IMG/VR virus record: IMGVR_UViG_3300014059_000004
DNA from: a virus
Direction: 5' to 3' (one strand)
Length of the DNA stretch: 64,000 bases
The position numbers and the translations under genes are program-made. The first letter of the stretch is position 1; each line of letters begins with the position of its first letter. The notes beneath the pieces are model-generated. The model was not told where the DNA came from. It did not search any database and was given only the letters and a program-made list of their open reading frames with translations. Positions 29,609 to 39,427 of the stretch are shown here, in pieces.

Positions 29609-30582
29609 GGTTCTCTCCTTGCTAGAGCAACATCATGATCAACCATGATCTTTATCAGATCATGCACTCTGACTCTTGGACTCCAGTCGAGCTCAGCTTT
29701 TGCTTTGCTGGGATCAGCACGCAACGTGTAGACCTCAGACGGTCTGACGTTCGATTCATCGAACTTAACGTAATCCTTCCAGTCAAGATTTACGCAATCA
29801 AATGCTAGCTTGCAGAATTCTCCAACGCTTAGCTCATCACCCGTTCCTATCACGTAATCTTGTGGAGCGTTTTGCTGCATCATGCGCCACATAGCATCAA
29901 CGTACTCAGGTGCATAACCCCAATCTCTCTTTGCTGTAATGTCACCCAACTTGAGATTGTCTTGCTTCCCTGCGACGATGCGGCCCACAGCTCTTGTGAT
30001 CTTACGCGTGACGAAGTTCTCACCACGGCGTTCAGATTCATGGTTAAACAGTATGCCGCTAACAGCGTATATGCCGTAAGCTTCTCTGTAATTCTTTGTT
30101 ATCTGATGACCGAAAACTTTTGCGCAGCCGTACGGTGATCGAGGGTTGAATGCAGTAGTTTCTCTCTGCGGTGTTTCAAGGACAGCACCAAACACCTCAC
30201 TGCTAGATGCCTGGTAGAAACGAGCATCTATGCCAGTAGACCTGATTGCTTCAAGAATGTTCAACGGACCGAGCGCAGTCGTCTGGATTGTGTTGATTGG
30301 TTGAGAAAACGATGAACCTACGTGTGATTGAGCCGCTAGGTTGTAGATTTCGTTTGGTTTGATCTTTTCAACTAGCAGTCTCATGCAGTTGGCGTCTGTT
30401 ATGTCTCCAAAGTGATAATGGAAATTTTTAGACTTCATAGCAGTTGCCAAGTTACCCCAACGATCGCTAGAAAATTGCGTAGTCTGACGGATCAACCCGT
30501 GAACTTCATAACCTTTGCCAAGCAGAAGTTCAGCTAGAAAACTTCCATCTTGTCCTGTGGGACCCGTGATAAATGCTTTCAT
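29605..30582 (-). CDS. GDP-mannose 4,6-dehydratase-family SDR (Gmd/Rmd-like)
   Basis: ITGPTGQDGSFLAELLL; YGCAKVFGHQITKNYREAYGIYAVSGILFNHESERRGENFVTRKI matches the GMD consensus. Confidence 0.7.
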   Translation of the reverse strand: MKAFITGPTGQDGSFLAELLLGKGYEVHGLIRQTTQFSSDRWGNLATAMKSKNFHYHFGDITDANCMRLLVEKIKPNEIYNLAAQSHVGSSFSQPINTIQTTALGPLNILEAIRSTGIDARFYQASSSEVFGAVLETPQRETTAFNPRSPYGCAKVFGHQITKNYREAYGIYAVSGILFNHESERRGENFVTRKITRAVGRIVAGKQDNLKLGDITAKRDWGYAPEYVDAMWRMMQQNAPQDYVIGTGDELSVGEFCKLAFDCVNLDWKDYVKFDESNVRPSEVYTLRADPSKAKAELDWSPRVRVHDLIKIMVDHDVALARREP

Positions 30583-30585
30583 CGC

Positions 30586-31521
30586 TTACCTGATTGAGTT
30601 GAAGAATCCAACGTATCGTTGAGCGACGCTGACAATGTCAAAGTTTGGAACTGTTGTGTAATCCAGTTCCAGTCGATCTTTCAAGACCGGTACGTCAATG
30701 CCTTCAAGCGAGGGAGGGTTATCGTAATCTGCTAGCTCAAAGTTGTATGGTGTTGGCTCTTTGATGACATAACCATACTCACCGATTAGCTCTTGCGTTC
30801 CACCTACATCAGTGCACAGAACAGGAGTTCCCTGTGACAATGCTTCAATCACAACGTTTGGACAGTGATCTGCCCAAGCAAGATGCATCATCCATGATGC
30901 AGCTGAATAGATTTGCATGTAAGTTTCACGTGGTACGGAACCAGCGTAAAAAACATGAGGGTTCGCAACTACGTAATCTGGGTTCGCCCCCAAGACTATG
31001 AGACAGCAGTTGTTATCACGCTGTCGAAATTTCTTGAACAGCTCAACTGTATCGCGAAGTCTCTTTTGAGGGTGCCAATTTGCGCTGCACACGTACCGTA
31101 CTGGGTACGTTGAGCATAGCTGTTGCAACGCTGGTATGTTCAACTCTTTGACGATGTCAATATCAATGCCATTCTGTATCACAGAACCAGCTCGAGGCTC
31201 TTTCCACCATTTAGTGATCATCTTACGATCAAACTCTGATTGGAAGATGACACCGTCTGCGGTGTCATAGAGCCTCTTGATTCCGACGTTTTTGGTCATG
31301 AACTCTTGCGGCTTAAACCATATGCCATCGAGTCGTTGTATGACTTTCGGCGCTAGTTTTTGACCGGTTGGTTCTATAAAGACCAAAGACACGTCACAGT
31401 TCTGACCGTCAACGAAGTGCACTTCGTGCCCAAGTTCAAAGAACTGCTTTGCGAGCCGATGTGCAGCAGTATTTGGGCCCGACGTGCTGTTCAAGTTGAC
31501 ATTGTCAAAATGTATCTTCAT
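30586..31521 (-). CDS. GT-B-fold glycosyltransferase (GT4-like)
   Basis: CPNVVIEALSQGTPVLCTDVGGTQELIG. Confidence 0.5.
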   Translation of the reverse strand: MKIHFDNVNLNSTSGPNTAAHRLAKQFFELGHEVHFVDGQNCDVSLVFIEPTGQKLAPKVIQRLDGIWFKPQEFMTKNVGIKRLYDTADGVIFQSEFDRKMITKWWKEPRAGSVIQNGIDIDIVKELNIPALQQLCSTYPVRYVCSANWHPQKRLRDTVELFKKFRQRDNNCCLIVLGANPDYVVANPHVFYAGSVPRETYMQIYSAASWMMHLAWADHCPNVVIEALSQGTPVLCTDVGGTQELIGEYGYVIKEPTPYNFELADYDNPPSLEGIDVPVLKDRLELDYTTVPNFDIVSVAQRYVGFFNSIR

Positions 31522-31904
31522 GAACGATGCTTGATCTCCTTCACGAGCGGCGCTGCAAAGTCTGTCCCATTCAGCATCACAGCCATCAATGCTAGTTCTT
31601 TTGTCTCAATCTCTGAGAGACGAGCCGGGGGATCGAAGATCGTCGGATCTAGCGTGTGTTGGTTGTTTATGAGAACCGACTCGTAGTACTGCTGTGCAAG
31701 CCAGTTCATCGATTCGTTTGTGATCTTGACGTTTGATTCTCTCATGACATCAACAAACGTCTCAAAGATGATCTGATAGATCTCAATGCACGTTGTGCGA
31801 TTCAACGACTTTCCATCAGAAGCGAACGTCTTTAGCTTAGACTCCAGCAATGTTGCGACAGTCTCATGAAGCCTTGGCTTTTTCATCTTTCTCTCTCCTA
31901 GCAA
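31518..31904 (-). CDS. Hypothetical protein (128 aa)
   Basis: ORF in operon context. Confidence 0.4.
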   Translation of the reverse strand: MLGERKMKKPRLHETVATLLESKLKTFASDGKSLNRTTCIEIYQIIFETFVDVMRESNVKITNESMNWLAQQYYESVLINNQHTLDPTIFDPPARLSEIETKELALMAVMLNGTDFAAPLVKEIKHRS

Positions 31905-32256
31905 GTTCGTTCTTTAGATCCACACCTATCTGCGTATCATTGAACAGCTTGCTGAAAAGTACTACATCTTTCTTTGGGAGAGATGAAATATCGTAATCAT
32001 TCATCACGATGACCTCACCAATCTTCTCACCATTGATGATGATTGACTTGAATAGCTGGTTGATCAACCAATCTGTTGCCAAACCCGAGACTGTTGTTGT
32101 CTTCATCTTTGAGAAGACGTCTTTGACCTCTGTGCTTATGACGTTGTGAACCAACGCTAGCGATTCTTTGTTAAAGTTAAATTCACCAGCTGCCGCAGCT
32201 GATGTCAATTGCTTCAGAATTTTCTCTTGTAGCAGGGCATGGAACCTAACTTGCAC
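31864..32256 (-). CDS. Hypothetical protein (130 aa)
   Basis: ORF in operon context. Confidence 0.4.
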   Translation of the reverse strand: MQVRFHALLQEKILKQLTSAAAAGEFNFNKESLALVHNVISTEVKDVFSKMKTTTVSGLATDWLINQLFKSIIINGEKIGEVIVMNDYDISSLPKKDVVLFSKLFNDTQIGVDLKNELARREKDEKAKAS

Positions 32257-33173
32257 AGCTTCTCCATGAAATCAGCGCATTGCTTGATGCATGCATTCCA
32301 ATCAGTGAATGATGTGGAGTTGGGCGTGAACTTTCCAGAAAGTAGCAGCGCCTTCAGCTCATCCCAGTCTTTGAAAGAATGATCTGCGCCAGCGAATTCG
32401 ACGCAGCCGCCGCCGTCGACATGAACGTAAGTAGGCAACTCACAAGCGATGCTTTCCGCGACGTGATTGGGGCCCGGATCGAATCGGGAAGCAGAGATGT
32501 AAACATCGTACTTGCCCAGCTCTTCACCGAGCTCAGCACCCCATAGAGGCTTCACAACGTTGGTGTTCTTGAACTTGCCTCGCGAGCGGCCGATGTAGTT
32601 GAAAGTGAACTTAGAACCTTCAGGAGTTCCAACCCACTCATCGAGAAGATTGTACACGTCAAATCCTTTCTTCTCGTTGTCGGACCAGTGATGGGTGACA
32701 AGGTTGATCTTCCCGTTGTTGAGCTTGTTGGGATTCGGCTTGTAGATGCTCTTGTCTACGCCGTTTATTGCAACAATTGAGGGGTTAGATCCCCAACCCA
32801 ATTTCTGAAAATATTCTTGGAGCCATCGTGAGACAAAGATTGTACCGTCCACGTGCTTCGAGATCTCTAGAAGGCGCTTGTCGACGCCTCGGGTACCCTT
32901 ACGTGCATCATTTTCGTTAACGCGAAGGACGATCTTTGGAGAACGCCCCTGAGCTTCCATCATCATCTTGTACATGATGGCTTGATCGGCGCTGATGCCA
33001 GTACCATCATTCTCAGTAGCAACGAGCAAGATAACATCTGGGGCTGTGTTACCATCGTTGGCCGGGATATATTGGTGCCCGAGCTTTGGCAATTCCGAAG
33101 CAATAGCGTTGAAGAAGTTGTTACCGCCGCCCCAAGCAGCAGAAAGTGGCATACGATTCATGTAAACGCGCAT
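32214..33173 (-). CDS. Putative GT-B-fold glycosyltransferase
   Basis: NHVAESIACELPTYVHVDGGG (E-x5-E-x-P). Confidence 0.45.
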   Translation of the reverse strand: MRVYMNRMPLSAAWGGGNNFFNAIASELPKLGHQYIPANDGNTAPDVILLVATENDGTGISADQAIMYKMMMEAQGRSPKIVLRVNENDARKGTRGVDKRLLEISKHVDGTIFVSRWLQEYFQKLGWGSNPSIVAINGVDKSIYKPNPNKLNNGKINLVTHHWSDNEKKGFDVYNLLDEWVGTPEGSKFTFNYIGRSRGKFKNTNVVKPLWGAELGEELGKYDVYISASRFDPGPNHVAESIACELPTYVHVDGGGCVEFAGADHSFKDWDELKALLLSGKFTPNSTSFTDWNACIKQCADFMEKLCKLGSMPCYKRKF

Positions 33174-33214
33174 GGTTAAATGCTAATCCATGCGGTTACA
33201 AATGAATCACCAGA

Positions 33215-33454
33215 TCAATGCTTAGCGATTGTTACGTTCGATGATTCATCATCGACCCAAATCAACTTCGTCATGCCACCGTGGCCGTGGATGTTCTCAA
33301 GCGTCTGGATGTCTGGATAGTAGCACATAGATGATTTCTCAGTCAACCAAACCAATGCGCACCACCCAGTATCGAACTGGCATCCTTCAGCTACGTTACC
33401 GAGACCAGAAACACCAGATGCATCTTGCAATCTCTTCAAGTAGAACCGTTTCAT
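33215..33454 (-). CDS. Small hypothetical protein (79 aa)
   Basis: Fills the intergenic gap. Confidence 0.3.
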   Translation of the reverse strand: MKRFYLKRLQDASGVSGLGNVAEGCQFDTGWCALVWLTEKSSMCYYPDIQTLENIHGHGGMTKLIWVDDESSNVTIAKH

Positions 33455-34140
33455 TTGATGAAACCTCTTTTCCTCAAGAATTGTTTGTCTGTAACACGCT
33501 TAAACTTCAATCTATGTTCTGCGAACCATGCATCCTGTTTACGATCGATCAACCATTTCTTATGGATCTGTGCATCACGAAGTGTCCTATGTTCTGCAAT
33601 GATTTCTATCGGACGATCCAACCCGTGCCAGTAAACGCCATCAAATTGAATGTAGGTGTCGATGCTCTTAATGTAGAAGTCAATTGGCCAACAATCATTC
33701 ATCAAAACTTGCCGTTCAACATTATCAATGCCATATACAAAACAGAGATGTTCAAAGTATGTATCCTCAATTTTGCTTTTGCCGTATGTACCTCTAATTT
33801 TCATTGTTTCATGGCCACGCTTGTTTCGCAAGTCCCAATCAGTTTTATTCCGAATTTCATTGACTTGCCAATGGTGTTTAACGCCATAACGAATCATGGT
33901 TGTTCGTTCTCGTTTAGCTTGTACTTCTACTGATTTACCAGGGTTGTCAACCCCATAACGTTCGATGCATGTCTGACGTGTTTGTTCACGTATCAATCCA
34001 CCTTTTTGACGAGCAATTGTTGTACACTTACGACTACAGAACACACGTCCGTCCCGTCGATCGATTTCTTTTGCTTCACAAGGACGTTTGAGAAGCTTCT
34101 TGTGACATGTCAAGCATTCATATGAAATCTTTGTTCCCAT
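33451..34140 (-). mobile_element. Homing-endonuclease-like gene: N-terminal Zn finger + Vsr/DUF559-type PD-(D/E)XK nuclease
   Basis: CLTCHKK..CSRKC is similar to the N-terminus of the 18768..19508 gene. C-terminal PIDFYIKSIDTYIQFDGVYWHG. Confidence 0.45.
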
Positions 34141-34922
34141 GGTTCCCCTGTTGAAATATACCCACGTGAACGAAGGAAGTCAGCTTCCGCTTTCTGAAAG
34201 CGCGCGTCGTCTGTTTGATAGACTTTGCCTCCTTGCTCGTCAATAGAATAATGATAAAAAACACGGGGAATGAAAGCTCGACGACGTGTGCGGTATAGAC
34301 ATGGCAAATATACAGCCTGATCTCCTGCACGCTTCACAAGTTCTCCATTCATATTTGTGAAATTCTCGTAAGGAACTCCATTTATCAATGACTTTCGAAA
34401 AGTCTTGAGGTGCGATGACACCCATGGATGAACGTAAGGATCAGCATCAGGTGGGAGCGGCCCCGAGATGTTCTTGTCGCTGTATGCCCAACGATGAGCA
34501 GTCCACAAGGCTTCTGCGCCTGTTTGTTCGTACACGGCGTTCAAGTACACCAATGCATCATTGTCAGTCAACCAGTCATCAGCATCAATGCGACAGACGA
34601 TGTCATCATCATCACACATTGAAATGCCATGCAGGACATTAGCGACTTCCCACTTCTTTTCAGCATTCCAGACAACATGAATCTTATCATGAGGAATCAA
34701 ACGTGACCATGCGTCGATTATGTCTGCTTCTTTGCGTCGTTCATCATTGTCACTAACGTCATCGATCAAGATGATCTTCCAGTTGTCGTACGACTGGCTT
34801 ACGATGCTAGCGAGCATCTGCCCCACGTACTGTGATGCATTGTACATGGGTGCAACAAAACAAAATCGATTCTTACCACTCGTTGTCATCAACGTCTTTC
34901 TTCGTAAGAAGAACTTGACCAT
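34110..34922 (-). CDS. Family-2 glycosyltransferase (GT-A)
   Basis: FCFVAPMYNASQYVGQMLASIVSQSYDNWKIILIDDVSDN. Confidence 0.6.
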   Translation of the reverse strand: MVKFFLRRKTLMTTSGKNRFCFVAPMYNASQYVGQMLASIVSQSYDNWKIILIDDVSDNDERRKEADIIDAWSRLIPHDKIHVVWNAEKKWEVANVLHGISMCDDDDIVCRIDADDWLTDNDALVYLNAVYEQTGAEALWTAHRWAYSDKNISGPLPPDADPYVHPWVSSHLKTFRKSLINGVPYENFTNMNGELVKRAGDQAVYLPCLYRTRRRAFIPRVFYHYSIDEQGGKVYQTDDARFQKAEADFLRSRGYISTGEPWEQRFHMNA

Positions 34923-35878
34923 GACTTATTAGTAATTACACGACGAATTGTCGAATATGACAATGTTGGATATAGTGTCATTAGTTCGTTCATTGTTGAA
35001 CCTTTTTCAAATCGAATTCTTATTTCATGAACAATAGCCCATGTCAATTTTGAACGTGGGTTACCTTCATTTGACATTCGTTTTTTACGAGCAGCAATAA
35101 CCTCTGGTTTATGCATTCCCTTAATTATATTTGATCGTTTATTCGAATCTTGCCAGGCCGACGTCTGTCTTTCGGATTGATATCTGATATTTTCATCACT
35201 TTGCGTACGTTCTAGAACTTTTTTCCTGTATTCTTCATTTTCTGCCCAATATTGTTTGCATGCATTACTTTTTTTCATGCGAACAGTTTCTTTAAGTTGT
35301 GCTTCTGAATTATTCTTACGTGCTTCTGGTGTTCTTGACCATTCTTTTTGAATTTCAGAATGTCGTATACGAACTGTATTATCTGACCAAATTTCTTTAA
35401 GTTTTTCACTTTGTTTTTGACGACGTTGTTGATCAGACCACAAAACTTGTTGTGTAACGCTCATCTTAAGACGTGTTTCATCAGAAGTAGATGTACCTCC
35501 AATTCCTCCTCCGCTAATGTTCAACATTTGAACGCCTTGAGATCGTAGTTCTTCTATCAGATAAATTTCTCTTTGAAAAGCTATAGATTCGTTCTGATGT
35601 TGTTGATCGATCTTGAACTCGAACGAATCTATTCCGTATTTTCTCATTGAGTTATACAAGCGTGGAAGACTTTGAGAACCAGAATTTGCTGCGTATACGT
35701 GTTGCTTCCAGCGCTTATTAAGATTATTAGTTTTTCCAACGTAACAGTCACCGTTTACGGTACATGTAATGGTATATGTGTAACTAAATTGCTCACCATT
35801 CTGATTGATCAATACCTTTTTTTGTGAGCAAAACTTGTCCATAGTTGATTTCTTCATCTGCATAATGCCTATCATCAA
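34889..35878 (-). mobile_element. GIY-YIG homing endonuclease with NUMOD repeats
   Basis: YTYTITCTVNGDCYVGKTNNLNKRWKQH ... EIYLIEELRSQGVQMLNISGGG. Repeated basic NUMOD-like segments. Confidence 0.65.
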
Positions 35879-36599
35879 TAAATAGGCGTCTATCTAGAAT
35901 ACACAACTCTTTCTCTTCAGAGTTGACTTCGCTCTCATTGACTGAATCAATCAGCTCACGGCATTGAATTCCAGGGTCAGTCTTGCTAGGAAGATGGTAA
36001 TCATCAAACAGCAAGCACTTCAACCACTTGTCCTTTGTCATCTCCCAATCGAGTTTTGTCGCAGCGTACGAATGATCGCCATCGATGTATACCAAATCGA
36101 ACTTTTGATCTCCAAGCTGCGGCACCATCTTTTCAGACGGTCCACGAGCGAATTCGATCATGTCAAACCATTCTGGTGGGAAGACTTGCTGCAGCATCTT
36201 CAAGTAATTTTCATCTAGCTTTGGATCAACAGTGATGATCTTGCCAGACACGCCCATATCATAGAAAGCTCTAGCGGCGCAGAACGTTGAGTATCCACGA
36301 CCAAAACCAATCTCAAGCATCGACGTCATCTTGTAGCGCTTGATGAGGTTGTATATGAGAATACCACGTTCATAATTTGCACGGTAGAACATGCCGTACT
36401 TCTTGTAGTTTGGATCATCAGGCGTCCTTGTGCGTTCTGCTGTGAACCTACCAATGTAATCAAAATCACCCATGACAACTTCGTCAGGTGATGTTCCAAG
36501 CTGCTCTAGTTTCTGCTTGATGCTGATAGTCTTCATTTCTTCATCACCTTTGGTTCTGGTCTGTTCACTGTCATGTGCGGCGTAGAAAATCCTGTCCAC
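35793..36599 (-). CDS. Class I SAM-dependent methyltransferase (TylF/MycF-like O-methyltransferase family)
   Basis: MLEIGFGRGYSTFCAARAF ... YIDGDHSYAA. Confidence 0.55.
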   Translation of the reverse strand: MDRIFYAAHDSEQTRTKGDEEMKTISIKQKLEQLGTSPDEVVMGDFDYIGRFTAERTRTPDDPNYKKYGMFYRANYERGILIYNLIKRYKMTSMLEIGFGRGYSTFCAARAFYDMGVSGKIITVDPKLDENYLKMLQQVFPPEWFDMIEFARGPSEKMVPQLGDQKFDLVYIDGDHSYAATKLDWEMTKDKWLKCLLFDDYHLPSKTDPGIQCRELIDSVNESEVNSEEKELCILDRRLFIDDRHYADEEINYGQVLLTKKGIDQSEW

Positions 36600-38554
36600 T
36601 TCTTATGCCAGATGTGGCCGCCAGTCTTCTCTGCCAACTCTTTAGCTCTATCTTTGATCATGTCATCTGTGACTTCTGACCATGGAACGTCGAACATCAT
36701 GTTGTTCTCTGCTGTGTCATCAGCATTCCGACCATGCAACGAATTCCAATGACGAGTCCAGTAGTTTTTGTACAGCTTGATCTTTCGTTCTAGATCATAC
36801 CAACTGTAATGATGAACGCCTGGAAGTTGATCAACTGCTGCATTGAACCATTGCTCATACTTGATCAAGGCTTCAGCATTTCCCATCAAAGCTTGCAAAC
36901 GAACGTTCTCAACTTCGTGTGTATAGAACGACATATGAGGCAAACGTTCACCAGTTTCAGCATGTATCATGTCGCAACCATCCGTGCCTTCATGAGCGTA
37001 CATGTTACCATCTGCATCAGTTGCGCGAAGTTCTACTGGAATTCCGTGCGTAATGTATGGCTTGTTGCGGCTGAGACGCCATTTCCACGGTTGAATGTCG
37101 ACTCGGATCTTGTTAGGTCCGCCCCAATACTCGATGACTGGAAGTGACAATATGTCGACTTGCTTCGGAAGCTTCTGTGCCAGGCTGATGATCTTCTTTG
37201 CATCATCTTCATGGACTATCTCATCTGAGTCCATCTGCCAGCAGAAATCACCAGTGCACATAGCTCGAGCTTCTGCTTTCTGCATGCCGTCATAGACAGC
37301 GTGACGGGGGTGTGACCAATCACGGGGAATCACTTTGATGTGAATCTTGCTGTCAAATGGTCCCAAACCTCCGCTTATAACGCGAGTAGTACCATGTGTT
37401 ATAAGCGATTGAAGACAATTGTTGAAGTAATCGCCTGTCGTTGGAACGTCCTTTAGATGTTCTGAATGGGCAAAAGAAAGCTTCAACAATGACTCTAGCG
37501 TACCATCTGTGCTACCACCGTCAACAACACAAACTTCATCGCAGAATTCCAACATGCTCTCGATGCATTGCACGAATGGATAATCCTGCTGCATGCAGTT
37601 GTACGTCGTTGTGTAACCTGAGATGCGTGGTTTGTAGTTTGCGATCTTCTTGACAGTAGTCCAGAATAGTTCTGGTGATACATGAAGGTAATCTTCGATG
37701 TCTTCTATCACGTCAGTAGCAAACCACTCTTCATCCTTGTGCTGGACGTTCTCGTTAAGTTCAAGCTTGCAGCCAAGAAGCTTCGCTTCAATGACCATTC
37801 TTGGACAAGTGTCAGCACCGGCTGGCAGATACACAAAGCCTTCAGCAGTTGACAACTTCAGAAGAAGCTCATTGTACGGAAGGTTCCATACGACTTCGTA
37901 CGCCTTAGCATTGTCTTTGCACCACTTTTCAGCAGCTTCGAAACCTTTTACCCAAGAGTTCGAACCAAGAACGATCCAACCTTTTCGACTGGATGGGTCA
38001 GTGGTTTCTCTTAGCTTTTTGATGTACCCTAGAGAAACTTTGTCGAAGACGCTGGATAGGGTGTAGTTGTCTTTCTCTGCCAAGAACGGGAAGATGGTGT
38101 GATACTTCTCTTTCTGAGCATCTGACATCCAAAAGAGACACTGCGAACCGTAGTAGAAAGCTGAAACTAGCTTCCCGTTCATCTGCTCAGCACAATCACA
38201 TGCTGTGCCTGTTGCAGCTGCATGCTTCTCTGGGGATCTGAACTTGCAGAACTTATAGTCGTACTCTAGATTGCAGTAACGTAGGTTGCCTATGATGCTG
38301 GGGATCAACTGTGGATTTAGTTCAGCATAGTTTCCAAAGATCCAGAACTTTTCAGATCCTTCTCTCAAGAGGTCCATAGTCACCTCTTTTGACTTGATCT
38401 TCTGAACCTTCAGTGGACTGGATGATATCAGTGCTTCAGAAGTTAGCTCAGCTCCACCGACGTAGTCTTCTACGAAGAGATCAGCTACAAAGATGACGTC
38501 AGCAGTCTTATCGATGCTGACTCTCTTCAACGTAAAGAAATGTTCTCCAAACAA
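36533..38554 (-). CDS. Large multidomain glycosyltransferase with a central GT2 (GT-A) domain
   Basis: TTTYNCMQQDYPFVQCIESMLEFCDEVCVVDGGSTDGT ... WQMDSDE. TTG start at 38554 preceded by SD AAGGGAG at a 9-nt spacing. Confidence 0.55.
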   Translation of the reverse strand: MFGEHFFTLKRVSIDKTADVIFVADLFVEDYVGGAELTSEALISSSPLKVQKIKSKEVTMDLLREGSEKFWIFGNYAELNPQLIPSIIGNLRYCNLEYDYKFCKFRSPEKHAAATGTACDCAEQMNGKLVSAFYYGSQCLFWMSDAQKEKYHTIFPFLAEKDNYTLSSVFDKVSLGYIKKLRETTDPSSRKGWIVLGSNSWVKGFEAAEKWCKDNAKAYEVVWNLPYNELLLKLSTAEGFVYLPAGADTCPRMVIEAKLLGCKLELNENVQHKDEEWFATDVIEDIEDYLHVSPELFWTTVKKIANYKPRISGYTTTYNCMQQDYPFVQCIESMLEFCDEVCVVDGGSTDGTLESLLKLSFAHSEHLKDVPTTGDYFNNCLQSLITHGTTRVISGGLGPFDSKIHIKVIPRDWSHPRHAVYDGMQKAEARAMCTGDFCWQMDSDEIVHEDDAKKIISLAQKLPKQVDILSLPVIEYWGGPNKIRVDIQPWKWRLSRNKPYITHGIPVELRATDADGNMYAHEGTDGCDMIHAETGERLPHMSFYTHEVENVRLQALMGNAEALIKYEQWFNAAVDQLPGVHHYSWYDLERKIKLYKNYWTRHWNSLHGRNADDTAENNMMFDVPWSEVTDDMIKDRAKELAEKTGGHIWHKKWTGFSTPHMTVNRPEPKVMKK

Positions 38555-38634
38555 GGCGTCTTGCTCCCTTGACGCTAAGGGTATTCAATTTTCATCATCT
38601 GTATAAAACTTCTGTTCCTACGTCGTGCTCGCAG

Positions 38635-38785
38635 TTTCTCTAGAGAAATTTCCTCTGCCCGAGGTTACTTAAGAGGAGTGCTTCTTCTATCTAGAGAAAT
38701 ACAGTGGAAATATTTCCACTGCTCTATCTAGAGAAATACTAGAAATTACCTGCTGGCCCGACGAGCTCGCTAAATTTCTCTGGGA
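38635..38785. promoter_or_regulatory. Divergent regulatory region between the minus-strand glycan operon and the plus-strand block, built from palindromes and direct repeats
   Basis: 16-bp direct repeats tctatctagagaaata at 38686-38701 and 38723-38738 flank a perfect 20-bp palindrome. A third degenerate copy tttctctagagaaatt sits at 38635-38650 and is itself a 14-bp palindrome. An inverted partial copy atttctct lies at 38774-38781. Confidence 0.5.
38702..38721. repeat. Perfect 20-bp palindrome cagtggaaatatttccactg (candidate operator)
   Basis: Read directly; its reverse complement is identical. Confidence 0.9.
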
Positions 38786-38832
38786 TCTAATCAGGCGACA
38801 CCCGCGGGTCGCATCCTGCTCGAGTCAGACAC

Positions 38833-39423
38833 ATGGCAAAGAACACAGTAAAAACTTCGAAGTCGATGGAGCCCAAGATTCTAGTGTCTAGATCGACTGG
38901 TGTTCCATCAATCTCCAGTCCAAGAGCGTATGACAGGGAAATTCTTGATCATGTTCTGCAAGTTCACAAGAAGATTCTAGAATCACCAGCTCTTAACGGC
39001 GGATTCGAACGCGTTGAATCTCAGCTAGAAGATGTTAAAAGCACCCACGAAAAGAGCGCTAAGCTGCTGTCAGAAGTTCACGAGGCGATCTATCATCCAG
39101 AGAAGGGTGTGTATGCAAAGATCAACGAGATCAACGTTAAGTCGTTGACTGAGGCTCATGCTCAAGACAAGAACATCGATGAGCTCATAAAGTGGAAGAA
39201 AGATGCTGAAGTCTCGCTCAAAGAGAGCGCTGAAAAGAAAGCAATCGATGACAAGAAGATCGAAGATCAGCAGAGAATCATCGAGGGTCTAGAGCGTTGG
39301 AAGGGTTCTGTCAGCGGGTTTCTGAAGTGGACCGCGGGCGTTTTTGGTGGTGCTGCGGTAGCGTTGATCTCAAAGCTTACGTACGATTACATCACGAACC
39401 ACTGGAAATTAGCTGTAGTATAG
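38833..39423 (+). CDS. Coiled-coil protein with C-terminal transmembrane segment (196 aa)
   Basis: ATG start. C-terminal WTAGVFGGAAVALISKLTY. Ends with TAGTAG immediately before the chaperonin-like gene. Confidence 0.5.
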   Translation: MAKNTVKTSKSMEPKILVSRSTGVPSISSPRAYDREILDHVLQVHKKILESPALNGGFERVESQLEDVKSTHEKSAKLLSEVHEAIYHPEKGVYAKINEINVKSLTEAHAQDKNIDELIKWKKDAEVSLKESAEKKAIDDKKIEDQQRIIEGLERWKGSVSGFLKWTAGVFGGAAVALISKLTYDYITNHWKLAVV

Positions 39424-39427
39424 TAGT

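Noticed and set aside
13017-38554. Nucleocytoplasmic large DNA virus (chlorovirus/prasinovirus-like) origin, suggested by the UGDH/GMD/glycosyltransferase/PhoH gene mix
   Set aside because: gp25/GPW baseplate protein, gp55-like sigma, TAATG/ATGA coupling, Shine-Dalgarno sites and GIY-YIG/NUMOD HEGs are hallmarks of tailed phages, not NCLDVs.
38598-38612. T4-type late promoter TATAAATA
   Set aside because: Only a near-match (gtataaaac) occurs here, and I could not find clear TATAAATA or its complement upstream of other genes by eye. Late-promoter consensus therefore not asserted.
38639-38731. Clustered TCTAGA (XbaI-like) sites as restriction-site features
   Set aside because: They are the cores of the repeated operator-like motif ctagagaaat. 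I interpret them as regulatory palindromes, not restriction-related.
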